Of a DNA stretch of 64,000 nt, positions 29,315-38,841 are shown in pieces. Made by a program: the position numbers and the translations under genes. Source of the DNA: an uncultured Rhodocyclaceae bacterium (lineage in GTDB: Bacteria; Pseudomonadota; Gammaproteobacteria; Burkholderiales; Rhodocyclaceae); assembly GCA_964487715.1 (NCBI GenBank), contig CAZASE010000011.1, forward strand, positions 313 to 64,312. The letters are read 5' to 3'. Each line of letters starts with the position of its first letter. Within the stretch, counting starts at the first letter, position 1. The notes below the pieces were generated by a model. It saw only the letters and a list, made by a program, of their open reading frames with translations, did no database searches and was not told the DNA's origin.

Positions 29315-29510
29315 GCCTCAGGCCGGTCTCCGGGCTCACGAGCGGGGTGGTTCCCCTATCGACGACGCCTTCCCATGCTTGCACACAGTGGCGGATTGCC
29401 GTGCCAATGACTCGCTTACCGTTGCGGGGGCAGCGCCGGCATTGTTCCTTCGAGCGCACCGGCTTCCCGTTTCATCCATTTGGAGAACACCATCGGGACA
29501 CCTGAGGCGC
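29315..29510 (-). promoter_or_regulatory. Cobalamin (AdoCbl) riboswitch
   Basis: Minus-strand motifs in order: GCCTCAGGTG, AAACGGGAAGCCGGTG, CCGGCGCTGCCCCCGCAACGGTAAG, GCCACTG..GGGAAGGC, GAGCCCGGAGACCGGCC; closing stem GCCTCAGG/CCTGAGGC. Confidence 0.92.
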
Positions 29511-29629
29511 AGTCATCTTGACAGCCCGTGGACGTGGCGCGACCGGGTTGTTTCCCGGTGCCGTCGAGGCAGGCGGATCGGCGGCGCCCTGCCGCCGAAA
29601 TATCGGCACCCCGGGGTGAACGCGAGGGT

Positions 29630-30595
29630 TCATTCCTCCGGCATGCTCTCGCTGAATCCCCAGAGCCGGTAACTCCAGAAGCTCTCTTCGGTGGCGATGC
29701 GGCGGCGCAGGTTTTCCGGCGCGAAGCCGGTGATTCGGCGCGTCTGGCGGCACAGGTGCGACTGGTCGGCGTAGCCGTTGTTGCCTGCGATCTCGCTCCA
29801 ATTCACTTCGCCCGCCTTCACGCCCACCACGGCGTCGAAGAAGGCCTGCTCGGATCGCCCGATGCCGCGCAGTTCGCGCAGAGGTTGCCCGGTCCATTGC
29901 TTGATGCGGCGCTCGGCCTGGCGCAGGCTGCGCCCGAAGCCGGAGGTGGCGGCGCGCAGGGCCAGGCTGCGCGACCAGTCGGCGAACAAGCGGCCGGTCA
30001 ACGCGCACTCGGGCCGGGCCTGCTGCCAGCGCGGCGCCAGGAATTCCTCGATCAGGCCGATGCGCTGCGCGTCGTCGGCCGCCGCGTCCACCGCGCGGCA
30101 CAGCTCCAGCCAAGATTCGTCTAGCACCGCCTCGACCGGCACCGCGCGGTCGAGATAGGCGCTGGGATCGATGCCCGTCATTTGGGTGAGGGCATCGGGC
30201 ATCAGCAGCACGACCATGGCATGCATCGGCCCGGGGTTCCAGGTGACGAGCGGGTGGGTGAGGGGGCCGCCGAACGTGACGCGCCCGAGCGGCGCGCGCG
30301 AGCTGTCTGCCTGCGCTGGACAACCCGGGGCGAGAAGTTCGCAGTCGCCGTGGAAATACCAGGTGATCGAACAGGTCGGTGTGACCGGGAAGTGGCTGTA
30401 GCGCTGATCGTCGCCGAGTGCCACGCCGCGCGTGTCGCGGCTCATGACGGCGCGCAGGCAGGAGGCCAGCGCACGGCGCGGCAGCCACAGTTCGGAGCGT
30501 GCCGCGCTGAGCGGCGAATCGGGGTCCCGGGGCCAGTGTTCCACCCGGAACATGCCCCGCCCGGCCGGGCCGGTGCCTTGCGGTGTCGGAATCAT
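29630..30595 (-). CDS. AraC-type HTH transcriptional regulator (start may be 30553)
   Basis: SLRQAERRIKQWTG and GYADQSHLCRQTRRITGFAP; divergent from the ABC operon. Confidence 0.85.
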   Translation of the reverse strand: MIPTPQGTGPAGRGMFRVEHWPRDPDSPLSAARSELWLPRRALASCLRAVMSRDTRGVALGDDQRYSHFPVTPTCSITWYFHGDCELLAPGCPAQADSSRAPLGRVTFGGPLTHPLVTWNPGPMHAMVVLLMPDALTQMTGIDPSAYLDRAVPVEAVLDESWLELCRAVDAAADDAQRIGLIEEFLAPRWQQARPECALTGRLFADWSRSLALRAATSGFGRSLRQAERRIKQWTGQPLRELRGIGRSEQAFFDAVVGVKAGEVNWSEIAGNNGYADQSHLCRQTRRITGFAPENLRRRIATEESFWSYRLWGFSESMPEE

Positions 30596-30656
30596 TCAAG
30601 ACCTGCAAATCATGGCTGGATAGGATGCGTGCGATTCCGTTCGTATTGGAGAAACG

Positions 30657-31346
30657 ATGCATCCAGTCAGTTTGCGCAACGTGGAGAAAGTCTACCATCT
30701 CGACGCGGTGGCCGTGCCCGCCCTGAGCGAGGTCAGCATGGACATCCGCCCGGGCAGCTTCACCGTCCTCTGCGGCCCCTCGGGCAGCGGCAAGACCACC
30801 CTTCTGAACATGATCGGCTGCATCGATCGGCCCGACCGGGGCGAGATCATCGTGGCGGGCCAGCCGGTGCAGGCGATGGCGGACGATGCGCTGTCGGACT
30901 TCCGCGCCCGCCACATCGGCTTCATCTTCCAGAACTTCAATCTGCTGCCGGTGCTCACCGCCTACGAGAACGTCGAGTACCCGCTGGTACTGGCGAAGGT
31001 GGCGAGGTCCGAGCGCAGCAAGCGCGTGCTGGCGCTGCTCGATGCCGTCGGCCTGATGGACCGCCGCGACAGCCGCCCGGGGCAGCTCTCCGGCGGCCAG
31101 CGCCAGCGCGTGGCCGTCGCCCGCGCGCTGGCCACCGAGCCAAAGCTGGTGCTGGCCGACGAGCCGACCGCCAACCTCGACAGCCGCACCGGCGCCGCCA
31201 TCATCGCGCTGATGCGCCGGCTGCAGCGCGAACGCGGCGCCTGCTTCGTCATTTCCTCGCACGATGCGCAGGTGCGCGCCGAGGCCGACGACGTGATTCA
31301 CATCCGCGACGGGCGCATCGAGGGTGCTGAAAGAGAGACAGCATGA
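30657..31346 (+). CDS. ABC transporter ATP-binding protein (LolD/MacB-like)
   Basis: GPSGSGKTT, GFIFQNFNL, LSGGQRQRVA, LADEPTANLD. Confidence 0.95.
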   Translation: MHPVSLRNVEKVYHLDAVAVPALSEVSMDIRPGSFTVLCGPSGSGKTTLLNMIGCIDRPDRGEIIVAGQPVQAMADDALSDFRARHIGFIFQNFNLLPVLTAYENVEYPLVLAKVARSERSKRVLALLDAVGLMDRRDSRPGQLSGGQRQRVAVARALATEPKLVLADEPTANLDSRTGAAIIALMRRLQRERGACFVISSHDAQVRAEADDVIHIRDGRIEGAERETA

Positions 31347-32731
31347 ACACCTGGTCGCTCGCCCTGCGCAACCTGCTGCGCAACCGCCGCCGCTCGCTCG
31401 CCACGCTGCTGGCGATGGTGGTCGGCCTCACCGCCATCCTGCTCTTCGGCGGTTACCGCTCGAACATCCTCTACGGCATGCAGACCGGCTTCGTGCAATA
31501 CAGCGGCCATTTGCAGGTCCAGCGCCGCGGCTATTTCCTTGACGGCGGCGACAACCCGACCGCCTACGGCATCGCCGATTACATGCGCATCGTCGAGGCG
31601 ATCCGGCGTGACGCGGCGCTGGCGCCGATGCTGGCGGTGGTCACGCCGACCCTGCAGCTCGGCGGCATCGCCGGCAACTTCTCGGCCGGCATATCGCGCT
31701 CGGTCGTCGCCACCGGTCTGGTGGTCGAGGAACGCGACCGCATGCTGCAATGGAACGACTACGGCATGGTCAGCTACGCCCAGCCCCTGGCGCTCGCCGG
31801 CACCGGCGAGGACGCCGTGGTGGTCGGCATTGGCGTGGCGCGCAAGCTCCAGCTGTGTGCGGCGCCCGGCATGCCGGACTGCAGCCCGGCGGTGGGGCGG
31901 CAGTCGGGCGGTGCCGACGCGCCGGCGGATATAGTCGCCCTCTCGGCGCAGGAGAGGAAAGCGCAACCGACCGCGGCCGCGCACAACCGCATCGAGATGC
32001 TCGCCGCCACCGCGCGCGGCGCGCCCAACGTGGCCGGCCTCAGCGTCGTGCGCGCCAACAACCTCGGCGTCAAGGCGATCGACGACATGTACATGGCCAT
32101 GCACCTGTCGCAGGCGCAGAAGCTGATCTACGGCGCCGGCCGGCCCGAGGCGACCGCCATCGTCGTCCAGTTGCGGCATACGGCGCAGATGGCGGTGGCG
32201 CGCGCGCGCCTGCAAACGCTGCTCGATGACGAATTCGGTGATCAGGCGCTGGAGGTGCTCGACTTCCAGACGCTCAATCCGATCTACGGCCAAACCGACG
32301 AATTCATGGCCTCGATGTTCGGCTTCATCGCCTTGCTGATCGGCGTCATCGTGTTGTTCACCATCGGCAACACCATGGGCACCGCGGTGATGGAGCGCAC
32401 GGTCGAGATCGGCACCCTGCGCGCCATGGGGCTGCGCCGCGGCGGCATCCGCCGCCTGTTCATGTGCGAGGCGCTGCTGCTCGGCGCTATCGGTTCGGCC
32501 GTCGGCCTGCTGGGCGCCCTCGCGGTCTCTTGGCTGATCAACCGCAGCGGCTGGAGCTGGACGCCGCCCGGCTATTCCTATGCCTATCTGGTGCTGGTGC
32601 GCGTCTGGCAGGATCTGCCGCTACTCGCCGGCAGCGTAGCCGGCATGATCGGTGTGACGGTGGCTTCCGCCTGGTGGCCGGCCCGGCGCGCCGCCCGGCT
32701 GATGATCGTCGATGCCCTGCGCCATGCCTGA
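31343..32731 (+). CDS. ABC transporter permease (FtsX/LolC-E-like)
   Basis: LALRNLLRNRRRS, ERTVEIGTLRAMG, PARRAAR..IVDALRH. Confidence 0.92.
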   Translation: MNTWSLALRNLLRNRRRSLATLLAMVVGLTAILLFGGYRSNILYGMQTGFVQYSGHLQVQRRGYFLDGGDNPTAYGIADYMRIVEAIRRDAALAPMLAVVTPTLQLGGIAGNFSAGISRSVVATGLVVEERDRMLQWNDYGMVSYAQPLALAGTGEDAVVVGIGVARKLQLCAAPGMPDCSPAVGRQSGGADAPADIVALSAQERKAQPTAAAHNRIEMLAATARGAPNVAGLSVVRANNLGVKAIDDMYMAMHLSQAQKLIYGAGRPEATAIVVQLRHTAQMAVARARLQTLLDDEFGDQALEVLDFQTLNPIYGQTDEFMASMFGFIALLIGVIVLFTIGNTMGTAVMERTVEIGTLRAMGLRRGGIRRLFMCEALLLGAIGSAVGLLGALAVSWLINRSGWSWTPPGYSYAYLVLVRVWQDLPLLAGSVAGMIGVTVASAWWPARRAARLMIVDALRHA

Positions 32732-32737
32732 GGAATC

Positions 32738-33508
32738 GTGATGAAGAAAGCACTGAGCGCGCTTCTCGCGCTGGCCCTCGCCTGGACCGCGCATGCCGGC
32801 CCCGGCCCGCAGGACATCCTGATCGCCAGCGATGCCATTCGCAATCCCGATTTTCCCTTCGGGCTGACCAACAGCCTGACCGAATACCGCCAGGGCAAGC
32901 GCACCGAGAGCAGCGTGCTGGCAATCTACTCGAAGGCGGACGCCCGCGGCGGCCAGTTCCGCAGCCTGGTGCGCTATGTCGCGCCGCCGCGCGACGCCAG
33001 CAAGCTGATCCTCTTCAACGGCAAGGACCTGTGGTTCTTCGACCCGTCGAGCAAGGCCAGTATCCGCCTCTCGCCGCAGCAGCGCCTGCTCGGCCAGGCC
33101 TCCAACGGCGACGTGGTGACCGTCAACTTCGCCCGGGACTATCGGGCGACCTCGGCCGAAGCGGAGGAAACCCAGGACGGCGAGCGCCAGCCGCGGCGCT
33201 GCATCAAGCTCGGGCTGGCGGCCACCACGCCGGACGCCAACTACCACAGCATCGAGATGTGGGTGGACGCGGCCAACAGCCGCCCGGTCAAGGCGCACTT
33301 CTTTACCGAGAGCGGCAAGCTGCTCAAGACGGCCTACTACCGCCGCTACCAGAACGTCTTCGGCGTCGAGCGCCCGACCGAGACGGTAATCATCGATGGC
33401 CTGGAAGCGGACTGGGTCACCGTCATGCGCTACACCGACTGGGTGAAGCGCGACGTGCCCGAGGCCTGGTTGCAGCGCGATTACCTGCCGCGCTTCCGGC
33501 CGGAATGA
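32738..33508 (+). CDS. Outer membrane lipoprotein-sorting (LolA-like) periplasmic protein
   Basis: Signal peptide; DLWFFDP, IRLSPQQRLLGQASNGD, SGKLLKTAYY. Confidence 0.8.
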   Translation: MMKKALSALLALALAWTAHAGPGPQDILIASDAIRNPDFPFGLTNSLTEYRQGKRTESSVLAIYSKADARGGQFRSLVRYVAPPRDASKLILFNGKDLWFFDPSSKASIRLSPQQRLLGQASNGDVVTVNFARDYRATSAEAEETQDGERQPRRCIKLGLAATTPDANYHSIEMWVDAANSRPVKAHFFTESGKLLKTAYYRRYQNVFGVERPTETVIIDGLEADWVTVMRYTDWVKRDVPEAWLQRDYLPRFRPE

Positions 33509-34773
33509 GCCAGCGTCTTTCGCTTGCCGCCCTGGCTGCATTGGCCGTATCGGGCGGCAGCGCACTGGCGGACGATGCCGACGCGTTGCGGCTGGCGGAC
33601 CAAGCGCCGGAGACCGCGGCGCGCGCCAGCGACTGGCGCAGCTTCGCCGAAGTTGCCTTCGGCGCCGCCCGACAGCGGGACGGTGGCTCGCTGCGCCATG
33701 ACCGCCGCCTGTCGCTCGATCTGCGGTACGACCATGCCCTGTCGCCGGAATGGCGGGCGGTGTTTGCCGACCGGCTCGACCTGAGCTGGCCGGCGCAGGG
33801 CCGCGTCGACCATGCCGTCAACACCGTCAACGAGGCCTATCTCAGCCGGCAATGGCGGCAGGACGTGCTGCTCGACCTCGGCCGTGTCAACGCGCGCCAT
33901 GGCGTGGCGACCGGCTACAACCCGACCGACTATTTCCGTGACGGCGCATTGCGTTCGGTTACCTCGATCGATCCGGCCAGCCTGAAGGAGAATCGCCAGG
34001 GCAGCGTCATGCTGCGCGGACAAGGTTTGTGGCAGGGCGGGGCGCTGACGGCGCTGTACTCGCCGCGGCTGCAGCGGCAGGCGAGCGATGCCGGGCTCAG
34101 CCTCGACTGGGGCGCCACCAACAACCGCGAGCGCGGGTTGATCGCCCTCGGACAGCAGCTCACCGAGACTTTCAGTCCGCAGTTCCTGGTCTATCGTGAA
34201 ACCGCGCTGCCGACGCAGTTCGGCCTCAACCTGAGCGGCCTCGCCAACCACGCGACCGTCGCCTACCTTGAATGGTCGGGTGGGCGCAGCAGTGCGCTCC
34301 TGAGCCAGGCATTGCGGCAGCTTGGCCCGGCCTGCGTATGCGAGGCGTGGCGCAATCGCCTGGCTGGCGGGCTCACCTACACCACCGCCAACAAGCTGTC
34401 CCTGACTGCGGAATGGCAGTACAACGGCGCCGGCCTGCAGCGGGAAGAGTGGCTTGCGCTGCGCAACGGGCCGCCGGCGCTGTACGCGCTCTACCGCACG
34501 CAGGCGCAGACGGCCCAGGATCTACCGACGCGACAGGCATTCTTCTTCCACGCCACCTGGCAGGACGCGCTGATCAGCCGCCTCGACCTGAGCGTAATGC
34601 TGAACATCGACCTCGTCGATTCCAGCCACCGCGCCTGGCTGGAGGCCCGTTACCGCGGCGACCATGCCGAATACGCCTTCCAGTGGCAGCGCACCGGCGG
34701 CGAGCGCCTGAGCAACTACGCGGCACTGCCGGATTCGCGCGCCTGGCAGCTGGTGGCGCGCCACTATTTCTGA
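33505..34773 (+). CDS. Putative outer-membrane beta-barrel protein
   Basis: Signal peptide, EAYLS, G.ATGYNPTDYF, C-terminal Phe (ARHYF); ATGA-coupled to the previous gene. Confidence 0.7.
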   Translation: MSQRLSLAALAALAVSGGSALADDADALRLADQAPETAARASDWRSFAEVAFGAARQRDGGSLRHDRRLSLDLRYDHALSPEWRAVFADRLDLSWPAQGRVDHAVNTVNEAYLSRQWRQDVLLDLGRVNARHGVATGYNPTDYFRDGALRSVTSIDPASLKENRQGSVMLRGQGLWQGGALTALYSPRLQRQASDAGLSLDWGATNNRERGLIALGQQLTETFSPQFLVYRETALPTQFGLNLSGLANHATVAYLEWSGGRSSALLSQALRQLGPACVCEAWRNRLAGGLTYTTANKLSLTAEWQYNGAGLQREEWLALRNGPPALYALYRTQAQTAQDLPTRQAFFFHATWQDALISRLDLSVMLNIDLVDSSHRAWLEARYRGDHAEYAFQWQRTGGERLSNYAALPDSRAWQLVARHYF

Positions 34774-35118
34774 ATCGGTGGCGCGGCTTGCCAGGGTTGT
34801 CACTTGCGATCGACGGCAATCGAGCGCGGGCATGTGTCGATGACGTTCCGCAAGGCGGCTTCGCCTCGAAGGCGGGCCAGCTGATGGCTGCACCCATGGT
34901 ATTGATATTTTATGGGGGCGCGGCTACAGTCGTTCCACGATGGGCGGTCGCGAAAAAGCCGTTCTCTATCCTCAAGGGTCGACAACCTGAACGTGTCGCG
35001 AGTTGTGCATCTATTGCGGTGCCGGTTGCCGGGTATATTTCCGGACGCGCGGGTGAGCGCTGATCGCTCTGCCGACCCCCCGGGAAAGGAAACCACGTTC
35101 CAAGGACATCAACGCCGC

Positions 35119-36270
35119 TTGGCACCTTGCACAACATCTCTTACGAGCAACAGAAGCCGCTATTGCGCTTGCCTGATCCTGCTCGTTGCATGCTTGTTCT
35201 CGTCATGCCGTGAGTCGGCGGGCGCCGAGCCGCATTTGTCTCAGCTGCAGGCGATTGTCGAAACTCAGGCGCGGGACCACCGGGTATGCGCGGTCTCGTA
35301 TGCCACCGTCCATGCCGGCAAGGTTTTTAGTTTGGGTGGCGCCAGCGGGTGCGACGGAGTGAGTGCGCCGACGGAAGACGATATCTTCCAAGCGGCATCC
35401 TTGAGCAAGCCCGTATTCGCGTACGCTGTCTTGAAACTCGTTCGAGACGGTTTGCTCGGTCTCGACACGCCGCTTGTCAGCTACCTGCCTCAAGGCTACT
35501 CGCACGTTCGAAACCCGTTTGCATTTGGTCGTCCACCGATCGTTGAGCGCGTTGCAGTGCCGGAAATCCGGTCAGTAACGGCCCGAATGGTCCTCAATCA
35601 CACGTCCGGCCTGCCCAATTGGTCCACCGAACCGCTCGCTTTCGATTTCGCTCCGGGGACCGGCTGGCAGTATTCGGGTGAAGGGTTCATGCTGCTGCAG
35701 CGCGTCGTCGAAGGACTTACAAGCGAGACACTCGATGCCTTCCTCGAACGGCGGCTCTTTGAGCCATTGGGAATGTCCAACACCGCGTTCCGATGGAAGC
35801 CCCGGTTCGCCAATAAGGCCACGCCCGGCATGTCGTCCTCTTGGCAGTCGCCGATCGATTTTCCTGACGCCATGGCGCCGGTTTCGCTCTACACGACCGC
35901 CAAGGATTATGCGAAGTTTCTCGCTGCGCTCATGGCTGACCGTCCGCTCATTCAGTTGATCGTCGAAGCACCCGTGAGCGTCGTTCCGAAACTGGATATT
36001 GACTGGGGCCTCGGTTGGGGAATTGAACGCGGCGCGCGAGAAACCTTCATTTGGCAATGGGGCAACAACCCGGGCTATCGGGCGTTTGTCATGGCATCGA
36101 TACATTCCGGTGATGCCGTGGTCATGCTAACAAGCAGCGAGAACGGGCTGGCCATGGCTGAGCCGATCGTAACAACCGTGCTTCCGGGCACCCACGCAGC
36201 GTTCAGATCCTACTTGGTTCGCGAGGGACTGGCGTATTTCTTCTGCAAGCATTTCAATTGGTGCATATAG
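35119..36270 (+). CDS. Serine hydrolase, beta-lactamase-like family (start uncertain)
   Basis: FQAASLSKP (SxxK), LNHTSGLPN, PGTGWQYSGEG, WQWGNNPGY. Confidence 0.85.
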   Translation: MAPCTTSLTSNRSRYCACLILLVACLFSSCRESAGAEPHLSQLQAIVETQARDHRVCAVSYATVHAGKVFSLGGASGCDGVSAPTEDDIFQAASLSKPVFAYAVLKLVRDGLLGLDTPLVSYLPQGYSHVRNPFAFGRPPIVERVAVPEIRSVTARMVLNHTSGLPNWSTEPLAFDFAPGTGWQYSGEGFMLLQRVVEGLTSETLDAFLERRLFEPLGMSNTAFRWKPRFANKATPGMSSSWQSPIDFPDAMAPVSLYTTAKDYAKFLAALMADRPLIQLIVEAPVSVVPKLDIDWGLGWGIERGARETFIWQWGNNPGYRAFVMASIHSGDAVVMLTSSENGLAMAEPIVTTVLPGTHAAFRSYLVREGLAYFFCKHFNWCI

Positions 36271-36518
36271 GGGCCAGCCCTTGTTGCAGCCAATGACAGG
36301 AGGCTGCGATGCGAGACTTCTTCTCCGACCCATGGCTGGCGATGCCCGAGCGGCCGCATCGGGCCGGCCGTTGCGGCCAGTCCGGCGTTTGCAGTGGCGA
36401 TGCTGGAAGCGGAGATTGCGGGCGCGGCGGAGTTGACTGGGTGCCGCTCCCGGCGTATTCATGAAGGCGGGTGCCGCGGCCGTCGTCGCGCCCCATCCCA
36501 ACAGAGGAGACCGACAAA

Positions 36519-37031
36519 ATGAAAAACACCGTGATCGCTGCCGCTTCGGCGGCGTTGCTGCTGTCCGCCTGCGCCGGCCACCACCACGGCCCCGCCGCCG
36601 AGGCCAAGCTCGCGCCCACAAAGGGCAACACCACCACCGGCACTGTGGTCTTCGTGCAGAGGGGCGGCGACATCGAGGTGACGGCGCATGTCGCCGGCCT
36701 CTCGCCCGGCGCGCACGGCTTCCACATCCACGAGAAGGGCGACTGCAGCGCGCCGGACGGCACCAGTGCCGGCGGCCATTTCAACCCCGGCGGCCATCCG
36801 CACGGCCACCCGCAGCGGGGCCCGCACCACGCCGGCGACATGCCAATGCTGGAAACGGACGCGCTCGGCAACGCGAAGCTGGTGGCCGTCGTACCGGGAT
36901 TGATGCTGGAAGGCGCCAGCGGAATTGTCGGCCGCGGCGTCATCGTCCACGCGGCGCCGGACGACTTCACGACGCAGCCCACAGGCAACTCGGGTGCGCG
37001 CGTCGCCTGCGGGGTGATCGTCAAGCGGTAG
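36519..37031 (+). CDS. sodC: Cu/Zn superoxide dismutase, lipoprotein
   Basis: Lipobox LSAC; HGFHIHEKGDC, AGGHFNP, HAGD, VHAAPDD, GNSGARVACG. Confidence 0.95.
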   Translation: MKNTVIAAASAALLLSACAGHHHGPAAEAKLAPTKGNTTTGTVVFVQRGGDIEVTAHVAGLSPGAHGFHIHEKGDCSAPDGTSAGGHFNPGGHPHGHPQRGPHHAGDMPMLETDALGNAKLVAVVPGLMLEGASGIVGRGVIVHAAPDDFTTQPTGNSGARVACGVIVKR

Positions 37032-37035
37032 TGGC

Positions 37036-37108
37036 CGTCATTCCCGCGCAAGCGGGATCAAGGAACCTTCGATCGAAAATGCCGGATTCCCGCTTTCGCG
37101 GGAACAGC
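37036..37108. repeat. CGTC-type palindromic repeat (family A)
   Basis: CGTCATTCCCGCGCAAGCGGGATC...GATTCCCGCTTTCGCGGGAA; related copies at 39082, 46088, 49128, 61622. Confidence 0.85.
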
Positions 37109-37132
37109 ACTTCACTCCAACGCGGGCTGGTT

Positions 37133-37990
37133 TCAGCGTGGCCGCAGGAACCAGTCCAGCGCCTTGTCCACGTTCTGGCTGCGGCGGTGGAAGCCGCCGT
37201 GGTCCCCGGCCGTGTCCTCGGCGAGCTGCGCTTCGCCGCCACGCTGGGCCAGCCAGTCGCGCGTGCGGCGCATGGCTGGGCAGCCGTCGCGGTCCGGGTT
37301 CGGGTCGCCGCCGCCGCAATACAGCCACCAGCGCGTCCCCGCATAGGGCGTCGTGCCGAGGCGGCCGCCGTCGATGTCGCGGTTGGCGGGAAAGTCCGCC
37401 GCCATGCCGCCGGCGTTGGCGATTACCGCGCGGAAGAGGGGATTCGGCAGCTTCGCATCGAAGGCCACCAGCGCGTAGAGGTTCGCCGCGCCGCGCGAGA
37501 AGCCGTGCAGCAGCGCGTTCTCCCGCGTCGCGCCGGCGCGGCGCATCAGGCGCTCCAGCTCGCGCCGCAGCTCATTCGGCCGGTAGTAGTCCTCGGTGCG
37601 CTGGCCGCCGCCGAACCACCACTGCAGGGCGACGATGCCGAGGTTGTTGCGCTCGGCGAAGGGCTGCCACAGCACGATCTCGTCGTAGGCCCAGCTCGCG
37701 CTGCCGTGCAGCGTGACGATCCAGCCCGCGGGGGTTCGGCCCGCCGGCTGCCAGAGCAGCCCGAAGCTGCGCCCGTCGCCGGTGTTCTCCCGCGTCGCAC
37801 CGAGCCGCTCCGCCGCCGCAGCGCGCTGCGGCGTCTGTGCCCGGGCGCGGGCGAGCAGTTCGGTTGCGTCGGCGGCGGGTAGCGCCAGCGGCGGTTTGCC
37901 GCCGGGCGGGGGCCGCATCGGCTGCGCGCCGGCGACGATGGTGAACAGCAGGCTGGCGAGCAGCGCCAGAAAGAATGCCAGGCGATTCAT
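37133..37990 (-). CDS. Exported hypothetical protein, possible alpha/beta-hydrolase fold
   Basis: Signal peptide; VTLHG, GFSRGA nucleophile elbow, C-terminal HGG. Confidence 0.65.
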   Translation of the reverse strand: MNRLAFFLALLASLLFTIVAGAQPMRPPPGGKPPLALPAADATELLARARAQTPQRAAAAERLGATRENTGDGRSFGLLWQPAGRTPAGWIVTLHGSASWAYDEIVLWQPFAERNNLGIVALQWWFGGGQRTEDYYRPNELRRELERLMRRAGATRENALLHGFSRGAANLYALVAFDAKLPNPLFRAVIANAGGMAADFPANRDIDGGRLGTTPYAGTRWWLYCGGGDPNPDRDGCPAMRRTRDWLAQRGGEAQLAEDTAGDHGGFHRRSQNVDKALDWFLRPR

Positions 37991-38337
37991 GCGCGCTTCC
38001 TTCTTGGGGCCTTCTCCGGCAGCGTCTTCACGAACTTCAGGCTGTCGTCCACCCAGCGCTTCAGGTCGCGCTCCTCCTCGTGGCCGGGCGCATCGACGAA
38101 GACGTAGCCCTTCATCGGCCGTCCGGTGAAATCCATCACCCGCGCGTGCGGCCGGCGCAGCGCCTTCTCGTAGGCATCGGGCCCGACGCGCGCCATCAGC
38201 GCTTCGCCGACGATGTCGACGAACATGTGGCCGCGCGAGAGCAGGCACAGCCCGCCGAATATCATTTTCTCGGCGATGTCGGCGTGCTCGGGAAGGAGTT
38301 CGCGCAGGCGCTCGGCCAAACCTTCGTCGTAAGCCAT
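37987..38337 (-). CDS. TfoX N-terminal domain family protein
   Basis: MAYDEGLAERLR, EKMIFGG, LMARVGP, FTGRPMKG. Confidence 0.85.
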   Translation of the reverse strand: MAYDEGLAERLRELLPEHADIAEKMIFGGLCLLSRGHMFVDIVGEALMARVGPDAYEKALRRPHARVMDFTGRPMKGYVFVDAPGHEEERDLKRWVDDSLKFVKTLPEKAPRRKRA

Positions 38338-38341
38338 GGCG

Positions 38342-38710
38342 CTACTGCATCGAATGCAGGCCGATCATGTTGCCTTCGGTGTCGACCACCAGCGCGATGA
38401 AGCCGTACTGGCCGATGGAAAATTTCTCCTTCTGGATGCGGCCCCCGGCCTTGACGGCCTTCGCCGCCTCGACGGTGCAGTCGGCGCATTTGAAGTAGAT
38501 CAGCACGCTGTTGGCACCGGAGGGAAAGCCCGCCATCTTCACCAGCGCGCCGGTCGCGCCGTACTCCTCCGAGCCCATGGGAAAGGCCCACATCTCCATG
38601 CCCTGTCCGCCGAGGTCGGACAACTGCACGTCGAACACGGACTGGTAGAACGCCTTGGCGCGCGCCATGTCCTGCACGTAGATCTCGAACCAGTCGACCG
38701 GGTTGCCCAT
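38342..38710 (-). CDS. VOC/glyoxalase family protein
   Basis: NPVDWFEIYVQDMARAKAFY, DTEGNMIGLHS. Confidence 0.9.
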   Translation of the reverse strand: MGNPVDWFEIYVQDMARAKAFYQSVFDVQLSDLGGQGMEMWAFPMGSEEYGATGALVKMAGFPSGANSVLIYFKCADCTVEAAKAVKAGGRIQKEKFSIGQYGFIALVVDTEGNMIGLHSMQ

Positions 38711-38763
38711 GACGATCCCTCCTCGAAGACGCGGCCGGTCCTGCGCCGCAAGCCGATATCCTG

Positions 38764-38841
38764 CTACCGTCCGCCGGCCACGTCCAGTATCGCGCCCGTG
38801 GAATACGAGGCTTCGTCGGAAAGCAGCCAGAGGATGGCCGC
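38764..38841 (-). pseudogene. 3' remnant of a short-chain dehydrogenase/reductase
   Basis: AILWLLSDEASYSTGAILDVAGGR* is a typical SDR C-terminus. Confidence 0.75.
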
